48,759 bases of DNA from sequence record SRR31156797_15306; one strand, given 5' to 3'. The position numbers and the translations under genes were made by a program. Shown here piece by piece: positions 9,994 through 20,616 of the stretch (position 1 is the first letter of the stretch; each line of letters starts with the position of its first letter). Under the pieces are notes generated by a model. The model had not been told where the DNA came from. It was given only the letters and a program-made list of their open reading frames with translations, and did no database searches.

Positions 9994-10932
9994 TTATTTA
10001 TTCGCATAACAATACAAACAACCATGCCCACACGTATTATACTCCCCAATATCTTTTGAAGGAATACAATGGCAATTTTTTCGTTGCGAAGGGTCATCTT
10101 TAATTAATGTATTTTGCCCACCCAAAAACGCCATAAGCTTTTCATTATCAGGGAATAATTTTCTTAAAAGTCTATCGTCGATGCATCGTGAAGAAGCTAT
10201 TCCATAAGAGCTATAATCTTCAGGCATACCACATGCCTGTACTGCAAATTGAGGATTGTTTATTTGCCAATCACGTTGCAATTGGGATAAAAACTGAAGC
10301 ACCTTTTCCTGATCATTTTCAGTAGGAACAAATTCATTGACATCATCCATGCTTACTTTAAAGACTCGGGATAATCTTTGTCTTGCAGCACGATAGCCTT
10401 TCAACGTTAAAAAACTGAATGTCAATCGGTCTGAATAGCCTTTTAATTGACTGGCAACAAAACTGATCCTTTCTAAAACATTATCCACTGTCATATTCGG
10501 GGTAACCAAAATTGGGTCAAAGCGCCATAAAAGCCTCTCCTTTCCATAAATATCCACAAGAGATTTAAATGTATCAATCCGTTCTTGTACTTTCGGCACA
10601 TTTGGTTCCAAACCAGTTTGATCGTAATTATTTAAAGTGAACTGAAAATAAAAATCCTGCTTAAATTTTGCCAATTTTGATATAAACTGAACAGGATTCT
10701 TACTCCAAAAAATAAAAACAGACGCATTTTGAAGACTTATATAATAGTTCTTTCCGGAAAAAGGATTTCGACGTTCCACATATCCTTTCTTTAATCGATC
10801 AAAAAACCAATCTCCTTTAAACGCAGGAATATCCGTGGCTCTGCTGGCAGAAATAATCACAGGAGCAGCTGCACGATAAGCTTCGTGGCCAATTTTTATT
10901 TTTTCGAAAGAAATTGTGCCCGATTTAGGCAT
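9994..10932 (-). CDS. DUF1848 domain protein (radical-SAM/SPL-like)
   Basis: IISASRATDIPAF, FWSKNP, LEP.VP, WRFDPI, C-terminal C.C..SKDIG.YNTCGHGCLYCYA. Confidence 0.88.
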   Translation of the reverse strand: MPKSGTISFEKIKIGHEAYRAAAPVIISASRATDIPAFKGDWFFDRLKKGYVERRNPFSGKNYYISLQNASVFIFWSKNPVQFISKLAKFKQDFYFQFTLNNYDQTGLEPNVPKVQERIDTFKSLVDIYGKERLLWRFDPILVTPNMTVDNVLERISFVASQLKGYSDRLTFSFLTLKGYRAARQRLSRVFKVSMDDVNEFVPTENDQEKVLQFLSQLQRDWQINNPQFAVQACGMPEDYSSYGIASSRCIDDRLLRKLFPDNEKLMAFLGGQNTLIKDDPSQRKNCHCIPSKDIGEYNTCGHGCLYCYANK

Positions 10933-10940
10933 GTGTGCTT

Positions 10941-11771
10941 TTACTTAGTAAACCCGCCGTATTTTTTCAGATCCTCCCTCGGATTAATGCACATCACAGG
11001 GATTTTTGCACTGTTAGCAATAATGTATTGCTCATTTGCACTCATCATATAATCCTTAAAACCTATATTTTTGGTAGTCATCACCACAATAAGGTCTGCA
11101 TTATTTTCTTTGGCAAATGCTATAGTTGCATCTGCATATTTCATAGCAGATCGGTTCTCAAGTATATCGAATTTTATGTTGTATTGATTCAACATTTTCT
11201 TGGCAAACATCAAGTTACGATTGATTCTCATATTCAAATGATCATCTTTTGCAGCTTCTTTGAAGAAAAGAATTTCGCTTCTATAATATCGCGCCAGGTA
11301 TATTACCCATGGAATTTGCTCCTTATTCTCATTTTTGAAATTAATCGGAACAACAATTTTATTGAAAGGACTCTCGCTTGGTGGAGATTGAACTACTACA
11401 AATGGCACCATTGAACCGGCAATCACTTTAAGCGCCCAACTTCCCGTAAGTTTCTGCATTCCTTTAATCCCATGAGTTCCCATAATTACCATGTTTGCTT
11501 CAATTTCTGCCGCAACCTGGCTTATGCTTGTGAAGATGGTCCCCTCCTTAACAATTACAGATGGTTTAATGCTATGGGTGATATCTGTTTCAAAAGCTAC
11601 TTCTTCTAATCTTTTTTGGGCATTAGCTGATTCTTTGGCATTTTTAACAATATGAATAATTGTGATGTCATTATCCACAATTTTGGCCACACGAATGGCA
11701 TGCTGAAGCGCATAATTTGATACTTCAGTAAAGTCCCAGGTAACAAGTATTGATTTTCGTTCCATTTTCAT
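10941..11771 (-). CDS. Tandem universal stress protein
   Basis: ILV.WDF...S..A...A, VIMGTHG..G, second USP domain IVVPI.F and ADLIVV. Confidence 0.9.
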   Translation of the reverse strand: MKMERKSILVTWDFTEVSNYALQHAIRVAKIVDNDITIIHIVKNAKESANAQKRLEEVAFETDITHSIKPSVIVKEGTIFTSISQVAAEIEANMVIMGTHGIKGMQKLTGSWALKVIAGSMVPFVVVQSPPSESPFNKIVVPINFKNENKEQIPWVIYLARYYRSEILFFKEAAKDDHLNMRINRNLMFAKKMLNQYNIKFDILENRSAMKYADATIAFAKENNADLIVVMTTKNIGFKDYMMSANEQYIIANSAKIPVMCINPREDLKKYGGFTK

Positions 11772-11896
11772 ATTCTTAATAATAAACGAAATTACGCAAT
11801 TTTATTATTCAAAGCCACATTTTTTATGTAATCATAAAATCTTTCTATCCATTTATTGAAAATACAGCACAAAATGAAAGTGATAATTGTTTGTGT

Positions 11897-11926
11897 TTTG
11901 TAAGTTAACAAATAGGCATATCTTTG
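11897..11926 (+). promoter_or_regulatory. lepA promoter
   Basis: TATCTTTG -7 box (11919-11926) with TTTG at 11897-11900. Confidence 0.55.
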
Positions 11927-11976
11927 TACGTTCTAATATTTTGTAAAATACAAAGGCTTCTAATTGCAGGAGAAAT

Positions 11977-13764
11977 ATGGATAAAATTCGAAACTTTAGC
12001 ATTATAGCTCACATTGACCATGGTAAAAGTACATTGGCAGATCGTATGTTGCAGTTGACAAAAACGGTTGGTGAGCGGGAATATAAAGATCAAATGCTGG
12101 ATGATATGGATTTGGAGCGGGAAAAGGGAATTACCATTAAAAGCCACGCTGTTCAAATGAAATATGAGCATAAAGGTGAAGAGTATAAACTTAACCTGAT
12201 TGACACTCCCGGACACGTAGATTTTAGCTACGAAGTGTCACGCTCAATCGCTGCCTGTGAAGGAGCCATATTAATTGTTGATGCTACACAAGGTATTCAA
12301 GCACAAACCATTTCTAACCTATACATGGCTATAGAACATGATTTAGAAATTATACCTATTGCCAATAAAATTGACTTACCAAATGCTCAACTAGACGAAG
12401 TAAAAGATCAAATAGTTGACCTTTTAGGATGTGAAAGAGATGATATTATTGAAGCTTCAGGAAAAACGGGTGAAGGAGTGGAAGATATATTAGAAGCCAT
12501 TGTGGAAAAAGTACCACCACCAAAAGGTGATCCTGATGGTCCTTTGCAATGTTTGATTTTTGACTCAGTGTTTAACTCCTTTAGGGGAATTATAGCGTAT
12601 TTTAAAATTGTAAATGGTACTTTGCGTAAACGCGACCACGTTAAATTTTTTAACACTCAACATGAATATGATGCAGATGAAATAGGTGTTCTAGGGTTAG
12701 GAATGCATCCTCGTGATGTGCTTTCAGCAGGAGATGTAGGATACATCATTAGTGGTATCAAAACCTCCAAAGAAGTTAAAGTTGGAGATACTATTACGCA
12801 TGTTGAAAATCCTTGTGATAAAGCCATTTCAGGATTTGAAGACGTAAAACCAATGGTGTTTGCCGGAATTTATCCTGTGGATGCCGATGATTATGAAGAC
12901 CTGCGGGCTTCAATAGAAAAACTACAATTAAACGATGCTTCATTAACTTTTGAGCCTGAATCATCAGCCGCTTTAGGATTTGGATTCAGATGTGGATTCC
13001 TCGGACTGCTACACATGGAAATTATTCAGGAGCGATTGGACAGAGAATTTGATATGGATGTAATTACCACTGTTCCAAACGTATCATATAATGTTTATAC
13101 CAATCAACAAGAAATAATTGAGGTTCATAACCCTAGCGGCTTGCCTGAAGCCACGCATATGGATCGCATTGAAGAACCTTTTATTCATGCACAAATTATC
13201 ACACATGCCGACTACATTGGTCCAATTATGAAATTGTGTATTGACAAACGTGGTGAATTAAAAAATCAAATATTCCTTACCGGAAACCGTGTAGAAATTA
13301 CTTTTGAAATGCCACTGGCTGAGATTGTATTTGACTTTTATGATAAGCTTAAAAGTGCTTCACGCGGATATGCTTCATTTGACTATCACACAACAGGTTA
13401 CCGACCAGCAAAATTGGTTAAGCTTGATATTCTTCTCAACGGAGAAAGTGTGGATGCATTATCGACTTTAATTCATGAAGCCAATGCCTATGACCTGGGT
13501 CGTAAAATGTGCGTGAAGCTTAAAGAATTAATTCCACGACAACAATTTGATGTAGCCATTCAAGCTGCTATTGGAGCTAAAATTATTGCCCGTGAAACTG
13601 TTAAAGCAGTGCGTAAAGATGTAACAGCCAAATGCTATGGAGGTGACATCACACGTAAACGTAAACTTTTAGAGAAACAGAAAAAGGGTAAAAAGCGTAT
13701 GCGCCAGGTAGGTAATGTTGAAGTGCCTCAAAAAGCTTTTTTAGCAGTGCTGAAACTCGATTAG
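11977..13764 (+). CDS. lepA: Elongation factor 4
   Basis: [65 protein letters not shown]. Confidence 0.99.
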   Translation: MDKIRNFSIIAHIDHGKSTLADRMLQLTKTVGEREYKDQMLDDMDLEREKGITIKSHAVQMKYEHKGEEYKLNLIDTPGHVDFSYEVSRSIAACEGAILIVDATQGIQAQTISNLYMAIEHDLEIIPIANKIDLPNAQLDEVKDQIVDLLGCERDDIIEASGKTGEGVEDILEAIVEKVPPPKGDPDGPLQCLIFDSVFNSFRGIIAYFKIVNGTLRKRDHVKFFNTQHEYDADEIGVLGLGMHPRDVLSAGDVGYIISGIKTSKEVKVGDTITHVENPCDKAISGFEDVKPMVFAGIYPVDADDYEDLRASIEKLQLNDASLTFEPESSAALGFGFRCGFLGLLHMEIIQERLDREFDMDVITTVPNVSYNVYTNQQEIIEVHNPSGLPEATHMDRIEEPFIHAQIITHADYIGPIMKLCIDKRGELKNQIFLTGNRVEITFEMPLAEIVFDFYDKLKSASRGYASFDYHTTGYRPAKLVKLDILLNGESVDALSTLIHEANAYDLGRKMCVKLKELIPRQQFDVAIQAAIGAKIIARETVKAVRKDVTAKCYGGDITRKRKLLEKQKKGKKRMRQVGNVEVPQKAFLAVLKLD

Positions 13765-13827
13765 TCAAATAGCCAAAAGTTCATATTAAAACTTTTTATA
13801 CCTTCGTATGCAGCTAATAATTGTGGT

Positions 13828-15528
13828 ATGAAAAGGTTTTTATTTGCAAGTATTTTTTTATTTGGAGCATTGCTCCCATTTCATTTATTTAGTCAAGCTA
13901 TACCTGAGCATGTTAGCAATGAAGCTATTTATGAATTTTTAGATGAATTGGCATCCGAAAAAATCATTGTAATCCACAGTGGTGTCAAACCCTATACCAA
14001 GCAATTCATCACTCAAAAACTTCAAGAAGCCCAAAAAGCAGACACGCTCTTAAATAAGCGACAAAAAAAAGAAGTTGCATTTTATCTAAAAACCTATCAG
14101 ATTTGGGATAATCAATATGATAATCCTTATCTGGCAGAAAAGGTTAATTTACTCAGAAAATACAGCAAGAAATCTGCATTAAGCACTACGCATTTGGGGT
14201 TTGTTTATCGTGATAGTAATTTCAAAGCTGTTGTCAATCCAATTTGGGGATATCGCTATCACACAAACGACAACGGAACTTTAGATCATTTTTGGGGTGG
14301 TGCAGAAGCAAATCTGAGTATTGGAAAGCATATCGGAATTTGGGCCTCTTTGCGTGATAATACTGTTTCAGAAATATTGGCCTTACCCGGAAATTTCACG
14401 CGGCAAGATGGAGGAAACTATAAACTTGGATTAAATGGTAAAGGCAGTGGGGATTATTCTGAAATGCGCGGAGGGATTTCTTTGGGATGGAAATGGGGAC
14501 ACGTTTCACTTTCAAAAGATCATGTGCAGTGGGGCGACCACAATCATGGGCCAAATATTATAGACTCAAGAGCACCTTCGTTTGCCATGATTAAACTTCA
14601 TCTTAAACCTGTTGATTGGTTTGAGTTTGACTATTTACATGGTTGGCTTGTCAGTGAAGTTGTGGACAGCACGTTATCATATGTAAGTCAATATGGAGAA
14701 GACAGAGAAGTTTTTCGTCCCAAAAACATCGCTTCAAATATGTTCACAGTACACCCATGGAAACACACCAGTTTCTCATTTGGTAATTCAATAGTTTACA
14801 GCGATATGGGTGGTGCCCATCCGGCGTATATGATCCCGTTTTTGTTTTACAAATCCATTGATCACACTTTAAATCACAGCATTCAAAACCAAAACTCTCA
14901 GCTTTTTTTAAATGTTAGCATTCGAAGAATTAAGCATTTACACCTCTATGGGTCTATGTTTGTGGATGAATTTAAAAAAGACCGGGTGGGAAATGATACG
15001 ATGCATAACTTCTTCTCCTACAAAGGAGGAGCAAAATTACAAAATTGGCCAATTCCAAATGTGAGCCTGACATATGAAATCACCCACACCTACCCTATTA
15101 CTTATAAACATAGAATTAAGACTACAACCTACGCTACAAACAACTATGGACTAGGACATTACCTCGGCGACAATAGTCAGGAACACTATTTCTCTGCTAC
15201 AATAAAACCTATTTCGAAATTGAGAATAAAGGCAGCCTATTGGTTTGCATATCATGCCAATGAATATCAATATGATGTAAGCCAGGAAACCAGTATTGAT
15301 GCACTACCAGTACTTGAAGATAAAACCTGGCAAAACAAATCATTTGTTCTCAGCGCAAGCTATGAAATACTGCAAAATGTGTATTTCAAATTAATTTACG
15401 AAAACAGCAGCATAAAAGGTTTTGATGTAGATGGAGAAACGGCTCAGTACTATTTGAACATGTATACTCCTGCCTATTATCAGGGTAATCAGCAAACCAT
15501 ATCATTTCAATTTAATATTGGGTTCTAA
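13828..15528 (+). CDS. Capsule assembly Wzi-family-like outer-membrane protein
   Basis: Signal peptide, YEFLD.LA N-terminal helix, WG...G..I...APSF, DHT...NQN, LGHYLG.NS, terminal Phe. Confidence 0.7.
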   Translation: MKRFLFASIFLFGALLPFHLFSQAIPEHVSNEAIYEFLDELASEKIIVIHSGVKPYTKQFITQKLQEAQKADTLLNKRQKKEVAFYLKTYQIWDNQYDNPYLAEKVNLLRKYSKKSALSTTHLGFVYRDSNFKAVVNPIWGYRYHTNDNGTLDHFWGGAEANLSIGKHIGIWASLRDNTVSEILALPGNFTRQDGGNYKLGLNGKGSGDYSEMRGGISLGWKWGHVSLSKDHVQWGDHNHGPNIIDSRAPSFAMIKLHLKPVDWFEFDYLHGWLVSEVVDSTLSYVSQYGEDREVFRPKNIASNMFTVHPWKHTSFSFGNSIVYSDMGGAHPAYMIPFLFYKSIDHTLNHSIQNQNSQLFLNVSIRRIKHLHLYGSMFVDEFKKDRVGNDTMHNFFSYKGGAKLQNWPIPNVSLTYEITHTYPITYKHRIKTTTYATNNYGLGHYLGDNSQEHYFSATIKPISKLRIKAAYWFAYHANEYQYDVSQETSIDALPVLEDKTWQNKSFVLSASYEILQNVYFKLIYENSSIKGFDVDGETAQYYLNMYTPAYYQGNQQTISFQFNIGF

Positions 15529-17114
15529 TGCAAAAATACCTGATTGCCATATTGCTTTTTTTCTCAACCCTTTCGATTTTGAAAGCTCAGCATTTATTGC
15601 CTTTACATAGACACAGGACCGTTGCCGCAGAGCATCAGATGAATAAAGAAAAAAATGCGCAATTTACAGCATTAAAGCCATTGGTAATTAATGATACAAG
15701 TGAACTATTTAGAACTGTCTACACTCGCAAAGGAACAGGAAAAAACTGGTTTTGGCGCAAACTTCGTTATGAAAATCTAATCATGATTGAAAATGAAGAT
15801 TTTCGATTAACTGCTGATCCTGTAATACACTTTGAAATAAGCAAAAACCAGAATGTTGATGAATTTTTATTTCGAAATACCAGAGGTTTTCAAATAGCAG
15901 GTCGCATTGGGGAAAAAGTAGCTTTCCATTCTGTACTATATGAGAATCAGGTTGCATTCCAACCTTATGTAAATGAATTTATTGCAAAAAATGATGTCAT
16001 TCCTTTTGCTGCCAAATACAAACCTTATGAAGCACCTTTAAGTCGCCTATCACCAAATGGCTATGACTTTGCTGTAGCTGAGGGAATAATTTCATGGAAT
16101 GCACTTCCATTTTTAAACATCCAATTTGGTCAGGGGAAAAATTTTGTGGGTGAAGGTTATAGGTCGTTATTGCTAAGTGACAATAGCTATAGTTATCCAC
16201 ATCTTAAAGCAATAGCCACTTTTGGTAAATTTCAGTACAGTATGATGTATGCAGAATTGATGGATTATGACTTACCTACTACAACTGAAGGAGGTTTTCA
16301 TAAAAAGCGATTCAATATGCATTTCCTCAACTGGAAAGCTTCTAAATGGCTGCAAATTGGTTTATTTGAAGCCACAATATATAATCCGGAAGACTCTACC
16401 GGATATAATCAATTCAAAGCAAATTATATCAATCCACTTATACTTTCCAGAAGTGCCGAATATGGCTTGAATACTAAAAACAATGTCATACTTGGATTGA
16501 ATTGGAAAGTGCTACTACCAGATCAAATTCAGTTGTATGGACAATTTGTTTTGGATGAATTTGCTGAGAATATAGAAGAAAACCTGTCGGACAAATCAGA
16601 TAAATATGGATTCCAAATTGGTGGAAAATGGTTTGATGCCATGAATATTGATAACCTATATTTGCAAGGTGAAATCAATTCAGTTGAACCATTTACTTTT
16701 GGGCATGAAAAAGTATCTCAAAACTATGGCCACACCAGACAAACTCTGGCTCATCCAATGGGTGCGAACTTTACCGAGTTAGTTGGGATATTAAACTATC
16801 AATACCGTGATTTTGCCATTGAATTACAGGCAAACTTTGCATCTTACCAAACAGATACAACAATGAATGTGTCAGGTAAAGACTTATTTATTCCTCATAA
16901 TGTCACTTTTGTTGACAATTCATCAACCACTTTCGACACGAAATTTGCATATGCCCATGCGCAGCTTTCTTATCTCTTAAACCCCAGAACAGACATGAGA
17001 TTGTATGCGGGGATGGCTTTGCGAAAAGAATCCAGCGACATTAGCGATTCGGAGGATATTTTCGTATTCTTTGGTCTTCGAACCTTTTTGTCTAATCGCT
17101 TGTTTGATTTCTAA
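15528..17114 (+). CDS. RemB/Wzi-like outer-membrane beta-barrel protein
   Basis: Signal peptide, G.GKNF.G.GYRSLLLSD, LYGQF.LDEF, NYGH..Q.LAHP.GANF.E, terminal FDF; TAATG overlap with upstream gene. Confidence 0.75.
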   Translation: MQKYLIAILLFFSTLSILKAQHLLPLHRHRTVAAEHQMNKEKNAQFTALKPLVINDTSELFRTVYTRKGTGKNWFWRKLRYENLIMIENEDFRLTADPVIHFEISKNQNVDEFLFRNTRGFQIAGRIGEKVAFHSVLYENQVAFQPYVNEFIAKNDVIPFAAKYKPYEAPLSRLSPNGYDFAVAEGIISWNALPFLNIQFGQGKNFVGEGYRSLLLSDNSYSYPHLKAIATFGKFQYSMMYAELMDYDLPTTTEGGFHKKRFNMHFLNWKASKWLQIGLFEATIYNPEDSTGYNQFKANYINPLILSRSAEYGLNTKNNVILGLNWKVLLPDQIQLYGQFVLDEFAENIEENLSDKSDKYGFQIGGKWFDAMNIDNLYLQGEINSVEPFTFGHEKVSQNYGHTRQTLAHPMGANFTELVGILNYQYRDFAIELQANFASYQTDTTMNVSGKDLFIPHNVTFVDNSSTTFDTKFAYAHAQLSYLLNPRTDMRLYAGMALRKESSDISDSEDIFVFFGLRTFLSNRLFDF

Positions 17115-17138
17115 CGAAAATGCTCAAATAGTTGAAAG

Positions 17139-17711
17139 ATGCCTTCTATCAAGAAAAAAAATATAGCCATTGCAATTTCCGGAGCCAGTGGAGCCATTTA
17201 TACCCAGCGATTACTTAAAAAACTCAAACTGCTGGATAATCAAATAAATAAAATCTCCCTTATTTTTAGCGACAATGCCAAGCAAATATGGAAAGAAGAA
17301 CTTAGTAAACCTTTACCTGTAGGACAGGAAATGCAAATTTTTAATAATGATGATTTCTATTGCCCTCTGGCATCAGGATCTAATGATTTTGACACGATGG
17401 TCATAGTGCCAGCATCTATGGGTATAGTGGGTAGAATAGCCAATGGTATTTCAAACGATCTAATTTCGCGGGCAGCTGATGTAATGCTTAAAGAACGCAG
17501 AAAATTAATTGTCGTTCCGCGTGAAACTCCTTATAACCTGATTCATATTCAAAATATGGAAAAAATTACACTGGCGGGTGGAATTATTTGTCCGGCCACA
17601 CCATCCTTTTACCAAAACCCTCAGAACATTAACGAACTAGTTGACACAGTGGTAGATCGAATAATTGATTTGATTGGCTTACAACAAAAAAGCTTCCGTT
17701 GGGGAGAATAA
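17139..17711 (+). CDS. ubiX: Flavin prenyltransferase
   Basis: ISGASGAIY, ASGS, P.SM....IA.G.S..LI.RAADV.LKERR.LI...RETP, P.TPSFY. Confidence 0.93.
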   Translation: MPSIKKKNIAIAISGASGAIYTQRLLKKLKLLDNQINKISLIFSDNAKQIWKEELSKPLPVGQEMQIFNNDDFYCPLASGSNDFDTMVIVPASMGIVGRIANGISNDLISRAADVMLKERRKLIVVPRETPYNLIHIQNMEKITLAGGIICPATPSFYQNPQNINELVDTVVDRIIDLIGLQQKSFRWGE

Positions 17712-17808
17712 ACCTTGACGCAATCGATTGTTTTCTTTTTTTTATGCTCAAAAAATAATAAATTGCCAAACCAATTTTGAATTAATCTATTTATCCGGTT
17801 TAAATAAG

Positions 17809-18510
17809 GTGAAGCACCGTAAAAACATAGAATGCAAAGACTGCACACTCAAAACATCCGTGTTATTTGAACAACTCACAGAAGAGGAGTATGCGCTACT
17901 AAACTATGACAAGAACTGCCAGGTTTATAAACGCGGTGATTTTATTTTTCATGAGGGCAACCATGCCACCGGTTTTTATTGTGTAAACGAAGGAATTGTT
18001 AAACTTTTTAAAACCGGAACTGAAGGTCGCGAACAAATTATTGCATTCGCCAAAAAAGGCGATATCATTGGTTACCGCTCTGTACTTAGCAAAGAAACAT
18101 TTTGCACAACAGCTAAAGTTATTTCTGAAGCTTTTGTATGTTTTATTCCTGCTACACGATTATTCAAACTGGTAGAAAGCAATCACGATTTTTCTCTTAA
18201 ACTCATTCAACAGGCTTGTAAGGAGCTAGGGACAGCCAACAAGTATATCACCGACATTGCGCAAAAAACAGTAAAAGAGCGATTAGCTGAAGTTTTACTT
18301 ACTTTACTTGAACAGTTTGGCGTAAATGAGGATGGTTATTTAAACATTCCGCTTACACGTGAAGAGCTAGCTAATCTTGTTGGCACTGCAACCGAATCTG
18401 TTATTCGAATGCTCTCGCAATTCAAATCACAAGAACTCATTGAACTAAAAGGTAGAAAAATTAAAATTCTTGATGAGAAAGAATTGCAAATGATTTCAGA
18501 TCAGTTTTAA
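17809..18510 (+). CDS. Crp/Fnr-family regulator with N-terminal Cys motif (start uncertain, GTG 17809 preferred over TTG 17728)
   Basis: CKDC N-terminus, cNMP-fold (IF.EG..., G.VKL), HTH LTREELANLVGTATESVIR. Confidence 0.88.
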   Translation: MKHRKNIECKDCTLKTSVLFEQLTEEEYALLNYDKNCQVYKRGDFIFHEGNHATGFYCVNEGIVKLFKTGTEGREQIIAFAKKGDIIGYRSVLSKETFCTTAKVISEAFVCFIPATRLFKLVESNHDFSLKLIQQACKELGTANKYITDIAQKTVKERLAEVLLTLLEQFGVNEDGYLNIPLTREELANLVGTATESVIRMLSQFKSQELIELKGRKIKILDEKELQMISDQF

Positions 18511-18554
18511 AATGTGTATTTACACTGGACTCTGTTAATTATTAAAACCCTATT

Positions 18555-19814
18555 ATGAAACCGCTGATTATTATTCTCGTTAGCCTACTATTTCTAAACA
18601 CTTGTGCTACAATTTTCCTGGGACCCACTCAAAGTATTCAGTTAAACACTACTCCAAACGGCGCTGATGTATATATTAACGGCCAAAAAACAAGTAAAAA
18701 AACGCCTTGTATTGTAGAAGTGAAAAGAAGAGTAAAATCAAGTGAATTTAATAGTAGAAATCAATACAATTTTACTTTTGAAAAAGAAGGATACACCAGT
18801 GCAACACAAATAAAAGACGGCTCATTGCATTGGGCATATATTATGGATTGGTTTTATTATTTGGTGCCTGGAGTTGTAGACTTTGCCGTTGGTGCTACTC
18901 ACAAATACGATCAATTTGTCACAGCCACATTATCTGAAAAACAAATTCAAACCATAGTAAAAAAAGAGTTGGTTTATGTAGGCAATAATAATCAATACGT
19001 ATTTGATAGAAATTCATCGGTAGATCACAATATCCCTCAAATACCTCAAAAACATGAGATGCGTTTTGCATTAATAATTGGGAATGAAGATTATGCGTCT
19101 CACCAACTTGATCTCAATACTGAAGTGAATGTTGATTTTGCCCGGAATGATGCCAGTGCATTTAAAGAATATGCGATAAACACCCTCGGAATACCGGAAA
19201 GCAATGTCATATTTTTATTGGATGCCACATCTGGAAAAATGCAACAAGCCATTTCTAAAATGAACCTCATTATAAAAAATACAAATGGAAAAGCTGATGT
19301 ATTTGTTTATTATGCCGGACATGGTTTACCTGAAGAAACAACTAAAACTCCTTATTTAATGCCTGTGGATGTAAATGGTAAATATGCAACTTCAGGTATT
19401 AAGCTTCAATCCCTTTATGAAAAACTTACAGAATACCCTTCAAAACGCATTACCGTATTTATTGATGCTTGTTTTAGCGGAGGAGCTCGTAATCAGGGTC
19501 TTATTGCCGCAAGGGGCGTTAAAATAAAACCTAAGGAAGATAATCTGAAAGGCAATCTAGTAGTATTCTCAGCCAGTAGCGGAATGCAATCATCCCTTCC
19601 ATTTAAACCTGAAAGTCATGGCATATTTACATACTATTTACTTAAAAAACTTCAAGAAACTAGCGGAAAACTTAGTTATGAAGAGCTTTCCAGTTATTTA
19701 AACGAGAAAGTTCCGCTCAAATCAATCCTGCTTAATGATAAAGAGCAAACACCAAAAACTATTGTTAGTCCATCTGTTTTAACTAATTGGAAAGACTGGA
19801 AGCTAAATGAATAG
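18555..19814 (+). CDS. Lipoprotein with PEGA-like domain and caspase-family (peptidase C14) domain
   Basis: Lipobox-like LNT-C, P.GADVYING...KTP PEGA-like, FALIIGNEDY, YYAGHG (His) and IDACFSG (Cys), HGIFTYYLLK.L. Confidence 0.85.
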   Translation: MKPLIIILVSLLFLNTCATIFLGPTQSIQLNTTPNGADVYINGQKTSKKTPCIVEVKRRVKSSEFNSRNQYNFTFEKEGYTSATQIKDGSLHWAYIMDWFYYLVPGVVDFAVGATHKYDQFVTATLSEKQIQTIVKKELVYVGNNNQYVFDRNSSVDHNIPQIPQKHEMRFALIIGNEDYASHQLDLNTEVNVDFARNDASAFKEYAINTLGIPESNVIFLLDATSGKMQQAISKMNLIIKNTNGKADVFVYYAGHGLPEETTKTPYLMPVDVNGKYATSGIKLQSLYEKLTEYPSKRITVFIDACFSGGARNQGLIAARGVKIKPKEDNLKGNLVVFSASSGMQSSLPFKPESHGIFTYYLLKKLQETSGKLSYEELSSYLNEKVPLKSILLNDKEQTPKTIVSPSVLTNWKDWKLNE

Positions 19815-19825
19815 TATTTAGGTTT

Positions 19826-20137
19826 TTACAAAAACCCCAATTCTAATTTAGCTTCTTCACTCATCATTTCCTGATCCCAGGGAGGATCAAATGTAAGGTT
19901 TACAAAGCAATCGTTAATACCTTCAATGCTTTTAACATTTTCCGTTACATCAGAAACTAATTGTGGAGCAACCGGGCAGTTTGGTGCAGTTAAAGTCATT
20001 AATACTTCAACTTCATTATTATCATCCACATCAATTTTATAAATCAATCCCAGATCGTAAATATTTACAGGGATCTCAGGATCGAATATCGTTTTGAGTT
20101 TTTCAACAATTATATCTTCAGAAACTTTTTCTGCCAT
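19826..20137 (-). CDS. DUF59 / SufT Fe-S assembly protein
   Basis: DPEIPVNIYDLGLIY, MTLTAPNCP, FDPPW...MMSEEAKLELG. Confidence 0.93.
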   Translation of the reverse strand: MAEKVSEDIIVEKLKTIFDPEIPVNIYDLGLIYKIDVDDNNEVEVLMTLTAPNCPVAPQLVSDVTENVKSIEGINDCFVNLTFDPPWDQEMMSEEAKLELGFL

Positions 20138-20180
20138 AACAATTCCTTTCGTTCAATAATTCAAGATCTTTCTACTCTAA

Positions 20181-20606
20181 TTATTTACCGTACTTGGCTT
20201 TATAAGCCATTGCGTAAAACTTAATTTGCTTTATCATGGAAGTAAGCCCATTGGAGCGCGTAGGAGAAAGGTTCTCCTCTAACCCAATCTCCTTAATAAA
20301 CCATGGTTCTGCATTAATAATGTCATCCGGCGTTTCATCAGAATATACTCTAATTACCATAGCAACTAATCCTTTGGTTAGAATAGCATCGCTATCAGCA
20401 GTGAAATACAATTTACCATCATTATAATCAGCATGTAACCAAACTTTACTTTGGCAACCACTTATGACGTTATTATCAGTGCGATTTGCATCATCTAATC
20501 CACTCAGTTCTTTACCCTGTTCTATAAGGTAAGCGTATTTATCCATCCAGTCATCAAATACTGAATACTCTTCTACTATTTTCTGCTGTTTGGTTTGTAT
20601 ACTCAT
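20181..20606 (-). CDS. sufE: Cysteine desulfurase activator
   Basis: W.DKY.YLI..G, GCQSKVW, DSDA...KG, LSPTRSNGL. Confidence 0.95.
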   Translation of the reverse strand: MSIQTKQQKIVEEYSVFDDWMDKYAYLIEQGKELSGLDDANRTDNNVISGCQSKVWLHADYNDGKLYFTADSDAILTKGLVAMVIRVYSDETPDDIINAEPWFIKEIGLEENLSPTRSNGLTSMIKQIKFYAMAYKAKYGK

Positions 20607-20616
20607 AATCAGTTTT

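Noticed and set aside
17139-17711. ubiX without ubiD
   Set aside because: Unlinked ubiX and ubiD genes are common; cannot be judged from one window
17712-17790. FNR box upstream of the Crp/Fnr gene (TTGAC..ATCGA)
   Set aside because: Spacing and half-sites do not fit TTGAT-N4-ATCAA
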